Shown here: positions 53,239-64,000 of the stretch, piece by piece
Layout: each line of letters begins with the position of its first letter
Numbering within the stretch: the stretch's first letter is position 1
Source: Eledone cirrhosa
Taxonomy: Eukaryota
Assembly (NCBI GenBank): GCA_964016885.1
Contig: OZ024741.1
Span: forward strand, 2,728,001 to 2,792,000
Length of the DNA stretch: 64,000 bases
Reading direction: 5' to 3'
Program-made: the position numbers and the translations under genes
The notes under the pieces: generated by a model
Told to the model about the DNA's origin: nothing
What the model saw: only the letters and a program-made list of their open reading frames with translations
Database searches by the model: none

Positions 53239-53650
53239 CTTCTTTTATATTTCACTCCTTCTCCTTTACAAAAAATGAAAAACATCGGCTGACTTGGAAA
53301 TACTGTTCAATACAGTCCTGAAAATGTCGATATTAAGCTGGTGCCTGGAGCATAACTTTACAAAGATACACAAAATTAGGATAAAAGGTTTTTAGATAAA
53401 TATTCTCATTGAAATATTCGGTTTCGTATCATATGAGGAGCAAACGTAGCTTTAGATGGGCTAAAGTCGATAAATAGTAGAGCTGATGAACTAACATCTT
53501 ACAGAAGCAATCTATCTCTATTACAGTATTTAGTTCGGTCAACTTCGATTAACTTTGGTCAACTTCGGTCTCGTTTTTAAATCTTGCTGTGGTTGTCTTT
53601 TCATGTTTCCTTTTAATTATTTTCCCTGGGATACATACACACATACATAC

Positions 53651-54218
53651 ATGGTGGCTGCCAACTCGTTTTCGAGTACGGCCACTACTTTATATCCATG
53701 TAAGAGAACTCCTACCGATGCGCTGAACGAATGTGACTTTTTAGTCCAGCGAACGATTGAAAACTCTGGTACAAACACTACACTTGTGACAATTATTGAC
53801 ACATAGTGCTGGGCCCATGGTACCATGTGATGACAAGTGCAGAGAGATCTCCAGATATAAAGCAATGGCTGTACCGTGAAGCTTTTATAGTGAGCAAAGG
53901 CACTGCACAAAGCCAGTCCCACTCTCTTAACCAAGATGATATTTACCAAAAAGAAGAACAAGTCAACATCATTGGATACCATCAGGGTTGCAGGTACAAC
54001 CTGTCCCATGGTCGGGTCGTTGGCGACTAAACTGGCAACCCCACCAAGGTTTCTTGGTGAGTACGGTGACTTTGGACATCCTGCAGGACTAAAAACAAAA
54101 CCTGTCAAAGGGCAAAGGAGCTCTTAAGAGTCAATGGCTATCCAAAATCACCGGGAGAGATGACCCCTTAGCCTTTGTCAGGGCAGAATTCTAGGAGAAG
54201 GAAAACTCTGATATAACA
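53651..54218 (-). mobile_element. RTE-derived non-autonomous element with inverted 5' half
   Basis: 53651-53995 collinear with 60699-61045; 53995-54218 is the reverse complement of 61045-61266. Confidence 0.9.
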
Positions 54219-54254
54219 TACATACATACATACATACATACATACATACATACA

Positions 54255-54284
<30 letters not shown>

Positions 54285-54285
<1 letters not shown>

Positions 54286-57200
54286 GCAACGATAGTGAGG
54301 CATTATCTTGGTGATAGCAGACGTATTAACAAGAACAGAACACCACCAAAAATACCATCATATATAACTAAAATGGAAAAAAGATTGCTGACCTACGAAA
54401 AAACCATAGGATATGTGACAATGCTCCTTACATGCAAACTAACACAAAAAGACTTCACTCCTCACCAACAAAGAATGAAAAATAAAATAGAGACGATGTT
54501 TGGTAACAGTAGAACCAGAACTCTCCAATATAAGCTGATCGCCTTCATACAAGAATTGAAAGCTGTTAGCGAAAAACGCCGATACCTGAAGATGGTAGAT
54601 GAGAGAAAAGTGGTTAATAAAAGATTCAGACGAAACCAAACATCAGTCTATAGATATATGAAGGGCAAAATAATAAGTGTCATTGAGGCCCCATCCCAGA
54701 AAGACATAGATTCCTTTTGGAGCAAAATATGGGTGAAAAGAAGAATTTCAACCAAGAAGCAGTGTGGCTAAGAGAAATTCGAAATAACTATTGCTCCTAC
54801 ACTACAACAAAAACATACGAAATAAGTGAGGGTACCCTTGAGACTGTGATAGGAAAACTCCAAGATAAGAAAACACCAGGAAGAGACATGATTGTCGGCT
54901 ACTGGTACAAAAAACTGATATTCTATCGAAGGTATCTTACTGACCTCTACCAACAAGTTCTTAAGGGAGATACACTTATACCAGAATGGTTGACATTAGC
55001 ACAAACATTACTGGTCCCCAAGAACAAAGACACCCACTTGGCAAAAAACTACCGACCCATTGCATGCCAGAACCTGATGTATAAGATGTATACAGCCTGC
55101 CTGAACCTATTCCTCCAAGATCACTGTGAAAATAATAACATCATCACAGATGAACAAGCAGCTGGAAAGAAACGGATTTGGGGATGTGCGTAATCAACAA
55201 AACTGCGATGTCGTAGGTGTGACAACTTAGGAGGAATATGACTACAGTCTGGCTGGAATACAGGAAAGCTTTCGATTCTGTTCCCCACTCTTGGATGATA
55301 GAGGCCCTCCAACTTGCTAAAGTCCCAGACAGTATTGTCAGAGCCATAGAGAGGCTGTCTTCTTCTTGGGCTACTATCCTAAGGTTAAAGACAGAGAGGG
55401 AGGACTCTATTTTCACTGATAAAATAAAATATTGCAGGGGTATATTTCAGGGGAACAGTCTCTCTGTGATATTATTCATGTTGTCATTAAACCCCTTGAC
55501 CTTTCTGCTCAAGAAATGTGAGGGATACATCATTGGCTCACAGGAGGACAGAAATATAAACCTAACCCATAATTTCTTTGTAGACGATCTGAAACTCTAT
55601 GCCAAGAACATGGACGGGATGAAGAAAAATCTTGACCTGGTTACAACATTCTCAAAGGATATAGGAATGGAGTTTGGCCAAGATAAATGCTCATACATGA
55701 CTGTAAAGCAGGGGAAAACAAGAACCCAATCTAGCAACATTGTCATCAATGGCCTAACTGTTTCACCGATATCTGATGAGGACTGCTACAGATACCTGGG
55801 GATAGATGAGAACATATCCTATAATGGTATCTGTAATAAAGAACACGTAACCAGGGAATACTACACCCGATTAAGAAAGATCTGGTCATCGGAACTCTCT
55901 GCGCAAAACAAAACAGTGACTCACAATGTGTTTGCTGTGTCTGTCCTAACACCAAAGTTTGGAATACTCAATTGGACGATAAACGAAATCCGAGCAGTTA
56001 ATGTTGGAACTCGAAAAATACTGAACAACACCGGAAACTTCCACATCAACAGTGACATAGACCGCCTTTACTTGAAACGTAAGCAGGGAGGCAGAGGCCT
56101 AACATCAGTCCAGACAACATTTGAATGTCGCATCATATCTCTCCGACAACATCTACGAACCTCGAAGCGTAGGAGCCCGTTTCTCGAGCAAGTCTATCTG
56201 CATGAAACAGATAAGATCATGAGAGTTCGGAAGGAACTCCTCGAGAGATATTGCCTGTGATAATCAAAAACTCACACCCAGGGATGTTGCTCAGCAGTAT
56301 CGCTGTGAATCCATGGATGAAAAACTACATGCTTATAAGCAAAAGATTATGTATGGATATGTTGCCAGGAAGCTCCAGAGTGAGAGTAATATAGATAAAA
56401 AAAGTAGTCTATATTGAACCAACAACCGCTATATTGGCTCCCACTTTGAAGGATACGCTTTTGCAATCCAGGAACAGGAGATTAACACGAAATACCTGAT
56501 TCACAAAAGAGATAGGGATGCAGGCAAAACACCTAGATGTGATAACAAGTGCAGACTCTGTAGAACTAACATCGAGGATATCACCCATGTCATCAGCAGC
56601 TGTCCAAAGATGTCATCGCGGTACTATCTACCTATGAGGCATGATGTAGTGGCCAAAACACTGTACAATGCAGTTCGTAAAAAAGATAATAAACTCATTA
56701 AAAGCTACAACAATGTGGAAGACATCCATGTACATAATATGAAAGAGTACTGGTGGAATGTTCCAGTAAAAACCCCAATAAAATGCAGGCATAACAGACC
56801 AGATATTATGATATGGGACAGGGAGAAGAAAGCATGCACAGTAGTGGAAATTAGCTGCCCAGCAGATGGCAATATAATATCAAAGATTAGTGACAAGGAG
56901 AATATTTATGCAGAACAGCAGATACTCCACCCTGATTATACCTTCAGATGTATGCCTGTGATTATTGGGGCACTGGGGTATGTTAGTAACTGCCTCAATA
57001 CAAATCTTGAGAAGCTAGGCTTCACAGGAACAGAAAGAACACGACTAATTAGGAAATTACAAGTACAATCCATTAATGGAACAGTAAAAATATGTAAAAC
57101 ATTCCAAAATTGTTGCATCTAATAACTGCATATACACATGTACAGATACAGAGCATATACACATGCACACATACAACTCAAAACATACACATCCACACAT

Positions 57201-57328
57201 ACAATAACATCCATATCTACACATGCATGCATGCATAATGTAAATTCCAATGAGAGAGTCTTGTGTCTATGTTAGAAACCGACTCTCTCTCTATTGGGAA
57301 AAGTTTATAAAATTATAAAACCAGAAGA
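54285..57328 (+). mobile_element. R4/Dong-type RLE LINE, copy A (5'-truncated, frameshifted)
   Basis: KTPGRD, NYRPIAC, KAFDSVPH, GIFQG, FFVDDLKLY, CCHC, RHD, RPDIMIWD..VEISCP; both ends in (CATA)n. Confidence 0.95.
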
Positions 57329-57354
57329 ACATACATGCATACATACATATATAC

Positions 57355-57763
57355 ATGGTGGTTGCCAACTCGTTTTCGAGTACGGCCACTACTTTATATC
57401 CATGTAGGAGAACTCCTACCGATACGCTGAACGAGTGTGACTTTTTAGTCCAGCCAACGACTTGAAACACTGGTACAAACACTACACTTGTGACAATTAT
57501 TGACACATAGTGCTGGGCCCATGGTACCATGTGACGACAAGTGCAGAGAGATCTCCAGATATAAAGCAATGCCTGTGCCGTGAAGCTTTTATAGTGAGAA
57601 AAGGCACTGCACAAAGCCAGTCCCACTCTCTTAACCAAGATGATATTTACCAAAAAGAAGAACAAGTCAACATCATTGGATACCATCATGGTTGCAGGTG
57701 TTATATCAGAGTTTTCCTTCTCCTAGAATTCTGCCTTGACAAAGGCTAAGGTGTCATCTCTCC
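57355..57763 (-). mobile_element. RTE-derived non-autonomous element, 5'-truncated
   Basis: Homologous to 60699-61110. Confidence 0.9.
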
Positions 57764-57873
57764 CTATACATACATACATACATACATACATACATACATA
57801 CATACATACATACATACATGCATGCATACATACATACATACATACATACATACATACATACATACATACATAC

Positions 57874-57988
57874 ATGATGGCTGCCCCCTCGTTATCGAGT
57901 ATGGCCATTGCACGAGGAGAAAGAAAAAAAGAATTAATAATAATAATAATTAAAAAAATAAAATAATAAAATAAATAAATTAAAAAAA

Positions 57989-58025
<37 letters not shown>

Positions 58026-58030
58026 CATAC

Positions 58031-58063
<33 letters not shown>

Positions 58064-60620
58064 TACTCACACATATACACACACACATACATTAATAACA
58101 ATAATAATAATAATAATAATAACAACAATAATAATAACGACATCAACAATAATAATATACATATACATATATACATACACATACACGCACACACATAAGC
58201 ATATCTACACACACACACACGATAGCAACTAACAGCGCTGCGATCGAATGTGGCTTTTTAGCCCAGCCAATGATCTAAAATGTCTTGCACAGAGTCGGCA
58301 TGCAAAACATTCACTGGGAATAGTCGGCTGTGGTTGGAGTTCGTGTAATTTTGCATGTCGCTTGAGCCCTCCTGCTGATTTACATTCTCTACCACATGTT
58401 TGGCAAGTATGATGAGTAGCATCTCCAACAGCAGCCTGGTAGTCAACCACAGGTCTTAGTTTATGACTGCGAAGATGACTTTCGAGTCCAGCTTTGCTTA
58501 GGTAGAGTCTCGCACATACGCTGCATGTCAGCACCATAGGAGGACCCTCGCCGTCTGGAAGTGCAACAGCAATGCCCATCCTCACATCCCGCTTTACTTT
58601 CTCGTATGCGATTCGAGATGCCTCAAAAGCAAATTTTCCCTCATATACAGTCTTTCTCCATTTATTACGATCAGCAGCAATATTCTCCCATGTATCAGCA
58701 GAGATGTTAGCGTCTTTCAGAGAGGCTTTCAAGGAATCCTTATACCTTTTTTTTGGTTTATGTGGCGGTCGTTTTCCTTTAACCAACTCTCCATAAAAGA
58801 GTTGTTTTGGTATTCTAGAATCTTTCATCCTGGCAAGGTGACCACTCCAACGGAGTCGTTGCTTAAGCACAAGAGCTTCTATACTGTCACACATAGAGCT
58901 TTCTAAAATTTCGACATCACTGATGTGGTCCCTCCAGTGAACGCCATGGATCCGTCTGAGACACATCTGATGGAAACGCTCTAATTGCTTAAGGTGGTGT
59001 CGATATGTGACCCAGGTCTCGCAGGCATAAAGAAGACAAGAGAGCACACATGCCCTGTACACCTTTACCTTTGTCCTCCTGCATATGTCTCGCCGACCCC
59101 AGAGTCGCCTTTCTAGCTTTCCGAAAGCATCACTTGCTTTCCTAATCCTAAGTGAGATTTCACTGTCAAGGTTGCTGTGTCGATTGACAGTGCTTCCCAG
59201 GTAGACAAACTGATCAACCACTCCAAGTCGTTTGCCATACACATAGATGTTTGGTTCAGTATACTGCTTACCAGGGGCAGGTTGGTACATGACGACGGTT
59301 TTCTTGAGACTGACAGTCAGACCTAGGGCAGTGCAAGCGTCAGAAAATGCATTCAAAATGTGCTGCATATCACTCTCTGTGTGCGCTACAAGATCGCAAT
59401 CATCTGCATACAAGAGGTCTCTTATGATTGATGTAAATACTTTTGTCTTCGCAGCAAAGCGCCTGATGTTAAATATGCTGCCTGAGGTTCGATATCGGAT
59501 GTAAACACCATGCTCGCAATTCCTGAATGCAATACAGAAAACCATTGCAAAGTATATGGCAAACAGGGTCGGTGCTGGAATATCCCCCTGTTTCACTCCA
59601 TTTTTTACTGAGATAGGCTCCGACATGTTACCCCGACATTAACCAAAGCCTTCATGTCGTCATGGAAAGACCTAACTAACGCAAGGAACTTATCAGGGCA
59701 ACCAAGTTTCTGGACAACCTTCCACAATGCATCTCTGTTAACAGTATCGAAAGCTTTTGTCAGATCGACAAAAACCTGATACAGATCCAAGCCTTGTTCC
59801 ATGCACTTTTCCTGGAGCTGTCTAGCTGAGAAGATCATATCAGTAGTGCCGCATCCAGCACGAAAACCAGATTGACTTTCAGGAAGAACACAATCTGCAA
59901 TGTGTGTCAGCAGACGGTCCAGAAGCACCCTACATAAAACTTTTCTTACGATAGAAAGCAATGATATACCTCTGTAGTTCCCACAATCGTTCCTGTTACC
60001 CTTTCCCTTGTACAAGACCACCATTACTGCATCTCTCCAGTCCTCAGGTACTGATTCATTAGCCCATATCCTGCCAAACAAAGAGTGAAGATGTTGCAGG
60101 AGTCTCTCACCACCATATTGTAGGAGCTCAGCATGTATGCCATCCATACCTGCAGATCTTCCACTGTTCAGTTTCGAAATAGCCACTGCAACCTCCACAA
60201 GCGTCGGAGGTTCTGCGAGAGCTACTTTCACAGGACTTTCTGGAATGAGATTGAGGAAATCTTCACTGACGACAGACGGCTGATTCAAAAGATCATCAAA
60301 GTGCTCTCGCCACCTTCGTAGAATTCCTTGTGAATCACGAAGAAGTTCTTTGCCATCCTTGCTGCGAAGCGGTGTCACCAGAGAAGAAGCTGGTCCATAA
60401 ATCTCACGCAAGAGACTGTACAACAGCTTTGTGTTATTGGAATCAGACGCAGTTTGTATCTCACCAACCTTCTCACTCCACCACTGATTCTTCAACTGAG
60501 AAAGACTCCGCCTAACACGTGATTTTACATCCCTGAGTTCCTCATGCAACGTATTCCTCTCCTGTGGTTTTGCCGTCAAGTAGCGTGACAGAGCACGCCT
60601 CTTATCAGCCAACAAGTCTT
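57874..60620 (-). mobile_element. RTE/BovB LINE copy A, 5'-truncated (no endonuclease), one frameshift, three C-terminal C2H2-like fingers
   Basis: ORFs 59605-60615 and 58229-59626; GVKQG, LLYADD, LLYACETW, RLRWSGH; (ATGT)n tail. Confidence 0.96.
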
Positions 60621-60698
60621 ATATACATACATACATACATACATACATACATACATACATACATACATACATACATACATACATACATACATACATAC

Positions 60699-61306
60699 AT
60701 GGTGGCTGCCAACTCGTTTTCGAGTACGGCCACTACTTTATATCCATGTAGGAGAACCCCTACCGGTGCGCTGAACGAGTGTGACTTTTTAGTCCAGCCA
60801 GCGACTTGAACACTCTGGTACAAACACTACACTTGTGACAATTATTGACACATAGTGCTGGGCCCATGGTACCATGTGACGACAAGTGCAGAGAGATCTC
60901 CAGATATAAAGCAATGCCTGTGCCGTGAAGCTTTTATAGTGAGCAAAGGCACTGCACAAAGCCAGTCCCACTCTCTTAACCAAGATGATATTTACCAAAA
61001 AGAAGAACAAGTCAACATCATTGGATACCATCAGGGTTGCAGGTGTTATATCAGAGTTTTCCTTCTCCTAGAATTCTGCCTTGACAAAAGCTAAGGGGTC
61101 ATCTCTCCCGGTGATTTTGGATGACCAATGACTCTTAAGAGCTCCTTTGCCCTTGACAGGTTTTTTTTTAGTCCTGCAGGATGTCCAAAGTCACCCTCCT
61201 CACCAAGAAACCTTGGTGGGGTTGCCAGTTTAGTCGCCAACGACCCGACCATGAGACAGGTTGTACTGGGATACAAGTTACCAGTAGCACCAACTGGTGA
61301 CCTGAC
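60699..61306 (-). mobile_element. RTE-derived bipartite non-autonomous element, longest copy (~610 bp)
   Basis: RTE 5'UTR-type motif CTAGGAGAAGGAAAACTCTGAT; 3' tail similar to the RTE tail; (CATA)n on both sides. Confidence 0.88.
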
Positions 61307-61347
61307 ATACATACATACATACATACATACATACATACATACATACA

Positions 61348-61379
<32 letters not shown>

Positions 61380-61469
61380 CATACATACATACATGTTGAT
61401 GGTTACTTCTCAGAAAAGTACCATCCCTTCATTGATCATTGCACGATCATGTGCACCCAGGTGACTTTT

Positions 61470-64000
61470 TAAACCCACTTTTGTTTTGCAGGTATGTTCA
61501 CAGATGTGATACCTGAACTGTCTTTCTCCTGGTATTACCGACTCTTACCTTTTTCCTCTGGTCAGCTCCCCATAAAATAACTATTTAGGCAGACTTCCAC
61601 CTTCCCTCTTGACCACATGACCAGCACAACGCATCTGCTTCACAATAATCCTCCTCTCGATACTGGTGCTACCCGCTTTCTCAAGTACCGCATCATCAGG
61701 TGTGTAGGAGGACCACTTGGTGTTCAGGATGCCTCGAATACAATGCTGATGAAACCTTCCAGCTACATGATGTGATGCCTGTAAGTTGTTCACGTTTCAC
61801 ATCCGTATAGCAGGGCGGTAAGAACACAGGCCTCATACACAGAGAGCTTTGTGTTTTTCGTGATACGCTGATTTGACTAGACTTGCTTCTCAAGCTGCCC
61901 GAACGCAAGACTTGCTTTAGCAATCCTCCGATTTATTTCAGCATCGAGGGTACCATCTCTACTAAGTGTACTTCCGAGATACACAAAACTATTCCCCACC
62001 TCAAGTCTTTTTCCTCTCACGAAAATATCTGACTCCACATACACTTTCTCAACTGGTGGAGTGTACATGACCTTTATCTTTTGTAGACTAATATTTAGCC
62101 CAAACACAGTACATTTTGTTAGCCACACAATCTGCATCATCAGCATACAGAAACTCCCTAACAAGAGCCTAACAAGTGTGCCAAATGTTTTGGACTTGGT
62201 GTTAAACCGTCTTAGATTAATTACTTTGCCAGAGGTTCTAATTTGCAAGTATACTCCGGTTTCGAAATCTTGGAAGGCAGATGTCAGCAGCACGGCAAAG
62301 TAGATGTATAACAGATTGAGTACATGTGCACCTTGTTTAAGACTGTTTTCCACTGAAATTGGCTCTGAAAGTGTCCCATTGAAGTTCACTTTTGCTTTCA
62401 TATCTTGATGGAGTTTTCTGAATATTCCAACAAACTCATGAGGATAGGTTTCCCCAATACCACCCACAATACACTACTATTAAGTATTGAAGTTCCTTAT
62501 ATAAGGTCCACGAATACTTGGTTAAGTGGCACTTGTTGCTCCACACACTTCTCCATAAGGTGACGGGCTGAGAAAATCATGTCCATAGTATCCTGTCCAG
62601 CTCTGAATCCACATTGGGTCTCAGGGATAGCACCAGGACAGATTCATTCCATTAGACCACCCAGCAAGACCTTGGATAAGACTTTTCCTACCGATTCGAG
62701 CAGACTTATATCACGATAATCACCACATTCCGACATAGAGCCCTTGTCCTTGTAAATCGAGAGAAAAATTGCATCTACCCAGTCTTGCGGGACAGGTTCA
62801 CCGTGCCATACAGATAAGACTAACCCATGGCTAGCCATAGCAACATTATCTCCTTCTGTGTTTATCTCTTTGATAGTTGATCTTATCTCATTAAAGGTTG
62901 GATCATTCATCATCTCTGTTACAGTCTCCTTTTGTAGCAGTGCTTTAATAATTTCCTCATCAACTACAGATGGGTTGTCAAACAGATCTTTGAAGTGTTC
63001 AGTCCACCAACTCATGATTCTTGCGGGATCATTGATGAGGACGTTCCCATCTTTTGACTTCAATGGTACCATTTGTGAGGGTTGTGGACCAAACACTTGC
63101 CTTATTGTGCTGTATAGTGTCTTCAGGTCTCTGCAGTTATAAGCCCTCTGCATCTCTGCTGAAATTTCAGACCACCAGTTGCTCTTTATCTTTCGTATTT
63201 TACTTTGCAGTTTTGATTTTGCTTCTTTGAAGGCTTTCTCAGAACTGGTCCTCACTTGACCTCTGCAACAAGGCACTTCTCATACAGCTTGTTCTCTTCA
63301 ATTAGTATTGTGATTGCAGCATCATTGTTATCGAACAAGTCTCTGTGTTTTGTCTTCTTAAGACCAAGTATATCAGCCCCAACACTGTAAACCTGTTTTA
63401 AAGTGTTCGCAAGTTCCATCAAAGACGACGATGTCAAGTTTATTTGAAGAACATCTCGTATTTCTACACTTTGTAGTTTTAACACATCTATAAGTTATGG
63501 CATTTGTACCCCAGCTGTCCTCGATTTTCTTCTGATCTGCACCTTCATCTTGCCACGCACAAGTTTATGATCTCTACCACATTATGTACTATGCATTACT
63601 CTTACAGAGCAGATATCCTGGAGGTCTTCCTTCCTGGTGATGATATAATCCAAGATGTCTCCATGTTTCGATCTTGGGTGTATCTATGTTGCCTTGTGGA
63701 TCTCCTTTTGTTGAAAAACGTATTGCACACAACCAGCTCAAACTCAGTTCATAATTGCAAAAGAAGACCATTGGCATTCAACTTACTCAAGCCAAGATGT
63801 CCTAAAACACTCCAGATGTGGTTGCCCTTTCCCACACGTGCATTAAAATCTCCAAGAGGCAAGATCTTGTCCGATGGGGAATTGATGTTATACACACTCG
63901 TAAATCTTGGTAAAAAGCCATGATTGGCTCCTGTCTAATGTGCAGGGTAAGAGCATAAAATGAGATGACATGAAACGTCCCCTTGAAAGAGAAACACTTA
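61470..64000 (-). mobile_element. Older degenerate RTE/BovB LINE of another subfamily, running off the window end
   Basis: ORFs 61877-62467 and 62644-63276; APE remnants near 63540-63960. Confidence 0.9.

Noticed and set aside
53475-53523. Hammerhead TAGAG-CTGATGA..GAAG..CTCTA
   Set aside because: Stem I is present, but GAAA is mutated and stems II/III are poor; at most a decayed relic
53617-54108. Repeated small ORFs (MLGPWYHV.., MVSNDVDL..) as a gene family
   Set aside because: They recur only because the non-autonomous element recurs; no recognisable domain

Overview
This is an AT-rich, microsatellite-dense animal genomic window. The tRNA-derived SINE families resemble octopod SINEs, but the species is inferred. 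I found no convincing host protein-coding gene; almost all non-microsatellite DNA is retroelement-derived. Coding elements are: one 5'-truncated but otherwise open Penelope-like element (RT + GIY-YIG, 45705-48956) with a ~1.55-kb inverted copy of its 3' end, two full-length degenerate Tx1-clade LINEs stacked head-to-tail at one target site plus a third fragment, R4/Dong-type RLE LINEs, several RTE/BovB LINEs, a Tc1/mariner remnant and a Tigger-like MITE. The strongest hidden signal is a set of about ten sequence-unrelated type-I hammerhead ribozyme motifs, including compensatory U3-A8 core variants. Nearly all lie in non-coding fold-back or 'inverted + tandem' units within (TA)n arrays, which suggests a diverse Penelope-mobilised retrozyme system next to a candidate driver element. 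Other points of interest are a conserved 68-nt intron-like segment in both Tx1 5'UTRs, two independent satellites built from SINE A-box heads, and a (CATA)n landing-pad pile-up of RTE, an RTE-derived bipartite non-autonomous element and R4. All RNA structures were paired by eye; no folding or database searches were run.
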